Source of the DNA: an uncultured Methanosarcinales archaeon
GTDB taxonomy: Archaea; Nanobdellota; Nanobdellia; Woesearchaeales; CAZJJJ01
Length of the DNA: 38,909 nucleotides
NCBI GenBank assembly: GCA_964616085.1
Contig: CAZTTX010000001.1
Span: forward strand, 1-38,909
Reading direction: 5' to 3'
Each line of letters starts with the position of its first letter. The stretch's first letter is position 1. This document shows positions 16,450 through 25,061 of this stretch, piece after piece. The position numbers were made by a program, and so were the translations under genes. The notes under the pieces were generated by a model, which saw only the letters and a program-made list of their open reading frames with translations, searched no databases and had not been told where the DNA came from.

Positions 16450-19400
16450 TCACATATAGTATTTCTCTATCTCATAACGCCTGTATAGATAATACAAGAC
16501 GAACATGCTGAGTAGCAATACGAAGAATAGCACCATCATTATGATCTCTACATTATTTCTCCTGTAGAGCAGGATGTTGAAATTATGAGGCGAGATTATC
16601 TCCATAGTTGATTCATAGTCAACATCTGCTATCACTAATGGTTTGGACAATGTCTCAATGTCTATCTTGGATGCAGTATAGCTTACCTCAAGCGTCTCGT
16701 TAGCTTCAAGTCGTGTGCGTGAGAGTGCTATATATGGTGGCCTCGTCCCCGAAGTATGGAAATCATCACCCGAAAATATCACATCATCCTTGCCCACGAG
16801 AGACTCCTCAAGGTATATCTTCAGAGGACGCTTAAGATAGTTATTCATGGTCAGAGTGATATTATAGGCATCTCCATGCTCATAGACTCTCTTATGGACT
16901 CTTAGAGGGACATCATATACATCATATGTCTCCACCACACCACTGACAAGTCTCCGTATGCCATGGGATGTTATGCCGACATGGTAAAGGAACCTATCAG
17001 GATGTCTAGGCGTCTGCATCGACACAGTGACATTAGTTGAATTCCCTGGCTCAAGGAAGGCCACACCACTATCAAAGAATACCCAATCCTTTGATGACAA
17101 GAAGGAGATGTCATAGAGTGAACGCTCACCCGTATTACGTATTTCCATATTCGCTTCAGCCCTTGTCCCAGTCTCAGCCCTTATAGGCCCTATACGGGCT
17201 TCCAGCGAATATCCTTCAATAGGCTCATGCTCTATGAAAGTGACATTATCTAGAGGATACTCCGGGATATCAAGAGGTATCTCTCGTTCAAGGACCCTGA
17301 ATGTCCAATTATGGTCCGCTGTACCCACATTGCCGGAAAGATCAGTACACATCACGTTCCATGAATAGCTATCCTCATTGAGAGGACCATGGATGAAGCG
17401 ATTCTCTCCTAACAGAGGCGCATGGTCACTCTTTACGAGCTCCCATGGACCTGCACCTTCCTTATGTATTATTCCGCCCACAGGATCATATATTATGTTC
17501 ATATTCTGGATATAGAGGTCACATCTCTCAGGATGGTTGAAGTCATTGACCCTATACTCAAAGTTGACCATAGGAGTTCCTACAATGGATACATCTTGAG
17601 GCTTCATCAAGGTCACATCAGGAGGTTCAGTGTCGTTGATGACAGAGAATGCTCTTGTTCTCCAGGCCTCGTTCCCTGAAGTATCGTTCGCGAACACAGT
17701 TGCCTCATATCCACCAATCTCTGTAAGCTCTGAAGGGGTCAAGGTCACATTCTCATGATATTCTCCAAGCAATGAGCCGTCAGGATATGTCACATTCATG
17801 ATATAGCTGTCCAAGAAAACATCAGACACACCCCAAGTTATATTCACGTCACGCAAACCAAATTCTGCCACCTCTGGCTCTATGTCCAGGAAGATTTCTG
17901 GCGGATTCATGTCAAGTGTGAATTCCCATATTTCAGAAGTTGTGCTATCAGCACCATCATAAGCCAGGACACGCCAATAGTATCTTCCGTCGGGAAGGAC
18001 CTTGTCAAGCATGTAGTTAGTCTCGTTATCGACAAACATGATCTCTAGTTCAGGATCCCTGAAAGACGAGTTCTGGGATGCCTGGAGTATATAGAACACT
18101 TCCCAGAAATCATCCTCATTAGGATTCTCAGCATCAGGATTGGTAGTGTTTGTCCAATTGAATTCGAAGAAATCAGTATGGAACGTGTCATTGTATGGAT
18201 GTACTAGCTCTACGGGCAATGGTGGACGGTTCAGGTTTATCACAGAGAGATTCCATTGCAGCCATGCTTCTCCCCCATCAGAATTGTTCACCATATAATC
18301 GACCACATAGTCCCCTGATGAGTGGAAATCAAAGTGGACCTGCATGGAATCGTTCGAGCTCATATTCTTCCCATTCATCCACCATCTATGCTCCAGTGTC
18401 CTGTTCTCTATGTCTGTGGCATTCACCCAGAAGTCTAGTGTATTGTTCTCAAGGAACTCAATCTCATATATGTCATCCTCCATCTCAAGGAAGAATGTGT
18501 CTGAGTCTATGGTCCAGTCATTGATGTCAGGAGGATGTATATATTTCTCTACGAATATGTTGATATTCGCAGTATCTGTATAATGCCCATCGCTGACGCT
18601 CACATTCAAGGAGACATTACCCCAATGGTCGATAGGATCATCACATACTATGAACCTGTCTTCAACAACATCACACCCCATTATGGTCTCATTGGAATTA
18701 TTTAGTATATCGTACTCAAGGCTGCTGTGAGGATATACCGGGTCATAGCTTATCTCCCACAGGTCTATCATAGTGGGCGGGAAAGCATCCTTCTGCATCA
18801 TTGTATAATTAGTATCATTGATGACTGGAGGATAGTTCTCGTACAACACCTCCACATTGAAATGCGCTGTATCGTTCCATACTGTTATGTCCTCATTATG
18901 CACTTCCATCCGCACTGTCCTATTCCCAGTCCACAAGTCTATGGATGTGATATTGAGCAGGCCTGTCTCGTGGCTCATCATGAAGCTCAGATTCTCTCCG
19001 AAGGCTGCCCACTTGAGGTCATCCCAATCATAGTGATCCTCATCAAACTTCAAAGATAGGTTTATTGTATCATTCCATAGGTTCGTATAGAAGACAACAT
19101 CGGGTATATCTTCAGTTATTATCGGCGGATATACAGTGAGTGAGAAATTATTGGTTGTTGTAGATAGGTTAAGATGGTTAGTTGCGGTTATCTCCATCCA
19201 CCTTTCCCTGATGCCCGTCCAGTTCTCATCAGGCGTGATACGCATCGTCTGTGTGTCCTGATCTATATCTACAGAAAGATTGTCAAGCCCGCCTGTATAG
19301 TTGAACGTGAAATTATGGTCCTCCATGTAAGGGTCGTAGAGCCATTCAGTCAGATTCATCTCATGGGTAGTATTCTGCATCCAGTACTGGTCTGGGACCT

Positions 19401-21315
19401 CATTAAGATGTGGTGGCTGCTCTGTCCTGGTCACATTTATCATCCAGCTCTCCATATCATACATGCCACGGGTATCGTTGACTACTAATGTGACATTACG
19501 CATACCAAAATCTACAAAGTCTAAATACCAGCTGAAGAGACGCCCAATCTGCCTGACTGCGCCATCAACCAGCCAGTAGAACCAAGAGTTGGGCAATGAA
19601 CCCTCCACACCAGGATGGATAGCGTCTGCTGTGAAATTAAGTGTCTGCTCGACCTCAGCATCTATAGGCTCCCCATCATATATGTCTTCTGTGATCCACC
19701 AGGTCCCGTTAGTTATGTTCCAATATATTATCTCGGGCGTAGCCACAACATCCATATTGAAGAGGTTCGATGGGACCTCGCGCCCGAAAGGATCTGTAGA
19801 TATTATCCTGGCTGTACGTTCTCCGAAGAATCCTTCATCAGGGACAAGCTTGATCTGTTGCGCACTGTCGTTTATCATGAACGTTATATTGCTGACAGGG
19901 TCTGGCTCATGTGTATATGTCAGAGGGTCGTCCTCATGGTCCCAGAAGTAATCTGTCATGTTCAGTGTGTAATTAGTGTTGATTTCCCATTGAAGATCAG
20001 GAATCTCGTTTATGTTCTCTTGGAGCTTGTTCACATTCACAGTATAGTTCTCTTTTGCGAAATTAGCATGCCTACCTCGCATGTCTTCACAGAACACGTT
20101 CCAGACCAAACTCCCTGTGTTGTTGAATGTTGTCAGTGAGAAATTGCCGTGAGTCACATTCTCAAGGACCTCGCCATGATCCTCCCATTCTCCTGTGACA
20201 TTAGAAAAGAGAGAACAAGTAGAGTTTGTGGTGACTGTGAAACCCATGTCGAGCTCCTCATTGAAATCTGCATATGTACCATTCTCCGGCTCGGTCAGAT
20301 TGACTATGAAGAAATCAAAATCATAATCTTCTGCAGAACCATCGAAAGTGTAATTAGAGAATAATTCAAAATCCCATATCACATCATAAGAGACCTCGCT
20401 CCACACAACAGGCACGTGCTCAGAAACGAAGAAATCCTCCTGCTTGCAGACATCTCCATACTCCACCACAGTATCCTGCTCATTGATACAGTGTCCATGA
20501 TTGTTCTCAAATATGACATTCTCAGCAGGATTCCCTGTGGTGTTAGGCTCGGGTGTCGCCCATAGCTTGATGTTGGTTATGTTCATAGGTATACGGTCCG
20601 CGCTTATGAAGTCGAAACCGACACGCCATTTTGAGCCATCTGCCTCAGAGCCATAAGATACTCTTTCCTTCTCTGTAGAGAATCTTGAATGGGGCAATAC
20701 ATTGAACCTATATTCAGGTAGCATACCTTCGCCAATTATATGATAAGTGGCATGATTGAATTCACGTATCCCAGACATCTGTGATCTGCAGGTCACATTG
20801 AGCTCAAACTCTGAACCCCGAGGCATCTCATACTCAAGAGTTAGATTGTTACCTTCTTCCGAGAAGTATGTTATCTCATCCGATGCGGAATGTGAGACAT
20901 AAGAACAGAAATCTGGCAGGGGTAACATCATCTTTATTTCTGTGTCATAAGAGAAGTTATGCGTCAGGTTTCGCTGTATAGTTACCTCATCCATGTAGCC
21001 ATAGAAACCAATATCTTCTGTGAAAGGAACGTCATCGAAAGATCTCTCATAATCTACAAGTATGCTCTGATGCCTGGGCACAGTGTACTCATAATAGCTG
21101 AAATTTCCAATGTTCGCGGAGAATGCCCTATACTCGAAGTCATCATCAAGAGAGAGTTTTCCATGCAGTGGATTGGATATCTCAGTGATGTTGCCTGTCT
21201 CGTTCACGAAGACGGTTGGAGCTTCCAACGCAGCCACGTCCATAGATACGACTGAGAGCACAAGGGCTAGCATGATCATGATCCTCATTCCCATCCTGTA
21301 TCTTTCACATCCCAT
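16450..21315 (-). CDS. giant (1621 aa) multi-repeat adhesin-like surface protein, C-terminally anchored
   Basis: Signal peptide. Four cadherin-like/putative-Ig modules beginning (E/D)(I/V)PD... (about 18540-20015). PKD-like segments (FYWLVDG..., WWMNGKN...). An FN3-like GRYYWRVLAYDG segment. CARDB-like MEIRNTGERSLYDISF. Terminal TM followed by RRYEIEKYYM. Confidence 0.85.
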   Translation of the reverse strand: MGCERYRMGMRIMIMLALVLSVVSMDVAALEAPTVFVNETGNITEISNPLHGKLSLDDDFEYRAFSANIGNFSYYEYTVPRHQSILVDYERSFDDVPFTEDIGFYGYMDEVTIQRNLTHNFSYDTEIKMMLPLPDFCSYVSHSASDEITYFSEEGNNLTLEYEMPRGSEFELNVTCRSQMSGIREFNHATYHIIGEGMLPEYRFNVLPHSRFSTEKERVSYGSEADGSKWRVGFDFISADRIPMNITNIKLWATPEPNTTGNPAENVIFENNHGHCINEQDTVVEYGDVCKQEDFFVSEHVPVVWSEVSYDVIWDFELFSNYTFDGSAEDYDFDFFIVNLTEPENGTYADFNEELDMGFTVTTNSTCSLFSNVTGEWEDHGEVLENVTHGNFSLTTFNNTGSLVWNVFCEDMRGRHANFAKENYTVNVNKLQENINEIPDLQWEINTNYTLNMTDYFWDHEDDPLTYTHEPDPVSNITFMINDSAQQIKLVPDEGFFGERTARIISTDPFGREVPSNLFNMDVVATPEIIYWNITNGTWWITEDIYDGEPIDAEVEQTLNFTADAIHPGVEGSLPNSWFYWLVDGAVRQIGRLFSWYLDFVDFGMRNVTLVVNDTRGMYDMESWMINVTRTEQPPHLNEVPDQYWMQNTTHEMNLTEWLYDPYMEDHNFTFNYTGGLDNLSVDIDQDTQTMRITPDENWTGIRERWMEITATNHLNLSTTTNNFSLTVYPPIITEDIPDVVFYTNLWNDTINLSLKFDEDHYDWDDLKWAAFGENLSFMMSHETGLLNITSIDLWTGNRTVRMEVHNEDITVWNDTAHFNVEVLYENYPPVINDTNYTMMQKDAFPPTMIDLWEISYDPVYPHSSLEYDILNNSNETIMGCDVVEDRFIVCDDPIDHWGNVSLNVSVSDGHYTDTANINIFVEKYIHPPDINDWTIDSDTFFLEMEDDIYEIEFLENNTLDFWVNATDIENRTLEHRWWMNGKNMSSNDSMQVHFDFHSSGDYVVDYMVNNSDGGEAWLQWNLSVINLNRPPLPVELVHPYNDTFHTDFFEFNWTNTTNPDAENPNEDDFWEVFYILQASQNSSFRDPELEIMFVDNETNYMLDKVLPDGRYYWRVLAYDGADSTTSEIWEFTLDMNPPEIFLDIEPEVAEFGLRDVNITWGVSDVFLDSYIMNVTYPDGSLLGEYHENVTLTPSELTEIGGYEATVFANDTSGNEAWRTRAFSVINDTEPPDVTLMKPQDVSIVGTPMVNFEYRVNDFNHPERCDLYIQNMNIIYDPVGGIIHKEGAGPWELVKSDHAPLLGENRFIHGPLNEDSYSWNVMCTDLSGNVGTADHNWTFRVLEREIPLDIPEYPLDNVTFIEHEPIEGYSLEARIGPIRAETGTRAEANMEIRNTGERSLYDISFLSSKDWVFFDSGVAFLEPGNSTNVTVSMQTPRHPDRFLYHVGITSHGIRRLVSGVVETYDVYDVPLRVHKRVYEHGDAYNITLTMNNYLKRPLKIYLEESLVGKDDVIFSGDDFHTSGTRPPYIALSRTRLEANETLEVSYTASKIDIETLSKPLVIADVDYESTMEIISPHNFNILLYRRNNVEIIMMVLFFVLLLSMFVLYYLYRRYEIEKYYM

Positions 21316-21320
21316 TGTAT

Positions 21321-24044
21321 CTAGCCTATATTGTAAGTTCCTCCTACTACCGTGTTATCCTCTATCCTGGCAAGAGGCGTAATGCTGCTGAGCCCGTAAG
21401 TGAGCTGGTATGAGGTGTTACCCTCTAATGATCCGATGTTCCAGTAATGCATAGTTCCGAGACCTATATGGCTGACAGACACATCCAAGTCAGGCTCCTC
21501 GTTGAAATCTGCAGCGAATCCATCACTCACGAAATCACCGATGACCACATCATAGATGGTGGCCTTTCCCCTGTTCGTGATGTTTATGACAACCGCAAAC
21601 TCTCCAAAAGCCTCATGGGTGATGTCCTTGTCTATGAAGAGATCAGATGTTGTCACATCCAAGAGCATGGATTCTTCACTATTGCTTGCGATATAATGAT
21701 CACCCTCATCATCCTCTATCATGCATGTGATTTTATGGACACCAGGAAGCTCTGGCTCGAAATCTACGCTGGCCCAGCCCTCTGTATCCGCAGATTGGAC
21801 ACCTATCTCACCCTCCAGATCAGAATAGAAGACCACATCATACCCATGGATGCCATTACCTGTGAATGCATCGATGACACGGCAAGATACTCCAGTGGAG
21901 TAGCCCAATGTCAGCGAACTCCGTGTGAGGGATATCTCTTGTATATATGACAGGGAATAGATGTCTATCGAGTTGGACACGGCAAGATCATCATGGTCAT
22001 CACTCGTGCACATGACTGAGTAATCATACTCACCCCTTTCAGAGAAATCCCTCTCATACTCATGGGTTTCTGATGTATCATAAGACATTGTGTGATTGCC
22101 ACTCTCATCAGAGAAATTTATATCGCATTGGGCAGGTTCTATCGGATTGCCTGTAGAGAAATCAGAATAGTTTGCATAGAATCCTGCAGTCTCGTCAATA
22201 AGCACAGTCATATTCTCAAGATCTTCAGAGGTGTCATCCCACACTAGCAGTTCAGAATCGAAGCCATCACCACCAGCATACGCGCTGAAGCTATCTACGA
22301 TGAAAGAGACATGCGTCTCGTTCTGCTCGAAGCTTATGTCAGTAAGCTCCCAAAGGTCACAGTCTGCACCCTCATAATCCCATTCTGAGCAACGTAGTAT
22401 GACCTCGGTCTCGCGTTCTTCTTCCTTCTCCAATATTATCTCGGCCTCTGTGACATTCAGCCCATCAAGAGCGAAGATATCAGTAGATATCCTCTCATTC
22501 ATTGACCTCAATGATTGTATGCCAGACACACCATCTACAGAAGGGACACCACGAAGATGGGCTATCGAACTACCACTTATGTTCAAAGAGAGATCATAGC
22601 TTGAATTCTCTTCATCATAAGAGATGTTCATTATATCTATCAGCTTAGTCCCTGCTACCTCCCTGCCCTGTTCTATGGCAGGCTGTAGGACAGCATCCCT
22701 TGCATAGTCCATCCTGGAAAGGACCTGTATCTCTCTTGTGGATGAGAGGTCGATATCATCTATCCGTACCTCGACCGTATATTGGCCTGGGTGCTCTGGT
22801 GAATATATGATCTCACGATCGTCCTCTGTGAATACAGATGAGATCTCAAGCGTCTCACCATCAACCGATGTTATCACAATCGTGGCAGGTACCTCATCAT
22901 CCAGATCGACACCTTCCAGGTCTATGGGGATCTCAAGCTTCTCATTCACGGAATAGAAATCGCGGACATCCATAAGTATCGTCTGCGAAGGCGGAGTGCC
23001 GAACATGTCCTCTGTAGCGACCACTAGCTTTGACTCACGAGTATACTCCTCATCATGATGAGTAGATGCTGCATGTATCTCATAGACACCATCCTCATCA
23101 GCATAGAATATTACGCGAGGATCATACCCAGAATTACTGTATCTCACGCCTGAAGGGGATTCTACTGTAAGGTCTATCTTGTCCGTGAAGGGCCTGTTGC
23201 CCAACAGCGCATAGGATTCCACAGTGACCTCATTGCCTACCGCATATACACCCTCATGCCTCAATCGCAGAGAATAATCAGGTTCAGCATAATATGTTAT
23301 CTCACGGACACTCTCGACAAGGTCTCCTGAGTGTAATGTCACATTTATCTCGTAGGTCCCTGCCTCAGTGAAGTTCACAAAGCACTCGAAGTCATACTCG
23401 CCGGGCACAGTGAAGCTGCATGTCTGTCGCTCATCATAACCATCCGTATCGGACGACTTGGGCCAGACGCTCACCTTGAGCTCATTATCATCACGCATTG
23501 AAGATGATGTCATCCTGCCAGTGATTCTCGCATTGCTATAGGCCTCCTCGAAACGCACATCAAGATCCAGAGAATCAGGGTCGTCATCCTTGATGATGAG
23601 CTCTTCTTCGATGTCATCCTGGTCGAACTCCGCGAAGAGATAGTAGTCATCATTGTCAAAGACGGTACGCGATATCATGGTATATTCAGATATGTTCTCT
23701 GCGACGCAGGTGAATACCATCTCGCCAGTGCCGTCGACTGAGCATTCATCAAGCACATCCATACCATCTGATGTGTGCAATGTCACATTCACAGGCGCAT
23801 CAACCAGCTCGACAGACTCACCATCATCGAAAGAGGTGTTGATATCACCCTCAAACATTATGTTCCCATCGTCAAGGTATGTGGCATTCTGTATTATGAC
23901 ATCGAAGATGAATCCTCCAGATGCGTTCAGGCTATCTCCTGGGCTGGATGAAGCATATGAATATCCTGATACGAGCAGAAGCCCAAGCATCATCATAGCA
24001 AAGGATGCAACATGCCATGCACTAGTGACTCTTGATGTCCTCAT
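21321..24044 (-). CDS. 907-aa secreted acidic multi-Ig-like protein without C-terminal anchor
   Basis: Signal peptide ...LLLVSGYSYASS. Repeated beta-rich acidic modules. Big/Ig-like block GVSCRVIDAFTGNGIHGYDVVFYSD. CARDB-like FAVVINITNRGKATIYDVVIGDFVSDGF. Ends 5 nt before the giant gene. Confidence 0.85.
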   Translation of the reverse strand: MRTSRVTSAWHVASFAMMMLGLLLVSGYSYASSSPGDSLNASGGFIFDVIIQNATYLDDGNIMFEGDINTSFDDGESVELVDAPVNVTLHTSDGMDVLDECSVDGTGEMVFTCVAENISEYTMISRTVFDNDDYYLFAEFDQDDIEEELIIKDDDPDSLDLDVRFEEAYSNARITGRMTSSSMRDDNELKVSVWPKSSDTDGYDERQTCSFTVPGEYDFECFVNFTEAGTYEINVTLHSGDLVESVREITYYAEPDYSLRLRHEGVYAVGNEVTVESYALLGNRPFTDKIDLTVESPSGVRYSNSGYDPRVIFYADEDGVYEIHAASTHHDEEYTRESKLVVATEDMFGTPPSQTILMDVRDFYSVNEKLEIPIDLEGVDLDDEVPATIVITSVDGETLEISSVFTEDDREIIYSPEHPGQYTVEVRIDDIDLSSTREIQVLSRMDYARDAVLQPAIEQGREVAGTKLIDIMNISYDEENSSYDLSLNISGSSIAHLRGVPSVDGVSGIQSLRSMNERISTDIFALDGLNVTEAEIILEKEEERETEVILRCSEWDYEGADCDLWELTDISFEQNETHVSFIVDSFSAYAGGDGFDSELLVWDDTSEDLENMTVLIDETAGFYANYSDFSTGNPIEPAQCDINFSDESGNHTMSYDTSETHEYERDFSERGEYDYSVMCTSDDHDDLAVSNSIDIYSLSYIQEISLTRSSLTLGYSTGVSCRVIDAFTGNGIHGYDVVFYSDLEGEIGVQSADTEGWASVDFEPELPGVHKITCMIEDDEGDHYIASNSEESMLLDVTTSDLFIDKDITHEAFGEFAVVINITNRGKATIYDVVIGDFVSDGFAADFNEEPDLDVSVSHIGLGTMHYWNIGSLEGNTSYQLTYGLSSITPLARIEDNTVVGGTYNIG

Positions 24045-24883
24045 GAGAGATCACCTCCCATGGCAGATCCTGGAACACTCTCGAGCCTCTTCAGTGAGGC
24101 AAGAGATTTGCTTATGCTAGAAGTCTTGCGTACGATTCCCGGAGTCACTCTCTTGCCAACCTTCTCAGAATGCTGCGATAGGATCTGTTGTGCTCTCCTC
24201 GGGGTCATGGGAGAGCCACGGTTGCTCGTGAATATATGTCCGCCATCAGACAATCTCTGCAGCAGCATTGAGAGACCTTCGGATATCCTGCAGACATCTT
24301 CGGATTTGGCGAATCTAGAATCTGTCTGCGGGACACGGATCGCTTCACCAAGGATATCCGATCCTCTAAGATTCAGCGCCTGGCCCACAGTTATACCGGT
24401 CTCTACAATCAGACGTATGAAAGCCTCATCCCTATCAGAGCCTGTATCAGAGAGCATCTCATCAATATCATGCACAGTCAGCATCCCATCATCCTTGGGA
24501 TGCTCAGATTTTGAGCAGAAGATGCGGCCAACACCAAGCCGTCTCAACTCTCTTGAGCTGTAGCCTGTATTAGATTTTATTATCTGCTGTACGCGCCTAG
24601 GTGTGAGTCTTGTGATGCAGTTAGGAGAGAAGAGTGGCCATCCAGATTTCCTCGTAGCAATCAGTTTTTTGAGAGAATGCTCCAATTCCTCATCTATCTT
24701 GATGTTCCTTCCATCCAGCGCGAGAGAATTGTCTTTGACATCATCCACATCTAGAGCGATCACATCACTCGTCTTGAGGTCGTGCAAATATACAAGAAGG
24801 CAGATATTCCTGTCTCTGTCAGAATCTATGTTATACAGATATCTCTCCAACGCGCCCGTAGGGCAGACCTCATCAAAATACAC
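24041..24883 (-). CDS. tandem degenerate tyrosine-recombinase (Xer/phage-integrase)-like catalytic-domain protein, probably non-catalytic DNA binder
   Basis: GTG start. Two similar halves: DRDRNICLLVYLHDLKTSDV...LTPRRVQQIIK and DRDEAFIRLIVETGITVGQAL...MTPRRAQQILSQHSEKVGKRVTPGIVRKT. These resemble the RD..ll..TGlR.sE...ls.r.vq.i.k...g..vtPH.LRH blocks of Xer. The box-I Arg and box-II His are replaced and there is no terminal Tyr region. Its stop overlaps the ATG of the 907-aa gene (ATGA). Confidence 0.5.
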   Translation of the reverse strand: MYFDEVCPTGALERYLYNIDSDRDRNICLLVYLHDLKTSDVIALDVDDVKDNSLALDGRNIKIDEELEHSLKKLIATRKSGWPLFSPNCITRLTPRRVQQIIKSNTGYSSRELRRLGVGRIFCSKSEHPKDDGMLTVHDIDEMLSDTGSDRDEAFIRLIVETGITVGQALNLRGSDILGEAIRVPQTDSRFAKSEDVCRISEGLSMLLQRLSDGGHIFTSNRGSPMTPRRAQQILSQHSEKVGKRVTPGIVRKTSSISKSLASLKRLESVPGSAMGGDLS

Positions 24884-24914
24884 GCATGACCCCTCAGCGA
24901 ATACACACTCAGCC

Positions 24915-24939
24915 GAAAAAAATATTTCGCGATTGCATT
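24915..24939. promoter_or_regulatory. palindrome TTTCGC-N13-GCGAAA (site 1), candidate operator
   Basis: tttcgc gattgcattttat gcgaaa. It lies between the shared TATA core (24944-24955) and the GTG at 24883. Confidence 0.5.
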
Positions 24940-24943
24940 TTAT

Positions 24944-24955
24944 GCGAAATTGGTA
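24944..24955 (-). promoter_or_regulatory. BRE/TATA core AAGATTTAAATA (minus strand) of the recombinase-like/907/1621-aa unit
   Basis: Plus-strand tatttaaatctt, identical to the copies at 10383 and 16380. It lies 61 nt upstream of the start codon. Confidence 0.55.
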
Positions 24956-24989
24956 TTTAAATCTTTAGAAAAAAACTTGCTGATATCAT

Positions 24990-25014
24990 GACTCTAGAGT
25001 TTCGCATTTATAAC
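24990..25014. promoter_or_regulatory. palindrome TTTCGC-N13-GCGAAA (site 2), candidate operator/activator site
   Basis: tttcgc atttataacattt gcgaaa. Same arms and same 13-nt spacing as site 1, centre-to-centre distance 75 bp. Confidence 0.5.
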
Positions 25015-25061
25015 ATTTGCGAAATGGAAGAAAAGAAAGAAAAAGAAAAAAATCAAAAGCC

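Noticed and set aside
24914-25015. Twin palindromes as a CRISPR fragment or as a proven invertible promoter switch
   Set aside because: Only two copies exist and the repeats are short, so there is no array. Inversion is formally possible, but the adjacent recombinase-like protein lacks catalytic residues and nothing in a single sequence shows both orientations. Transcription-factor sites are the more economical reading.
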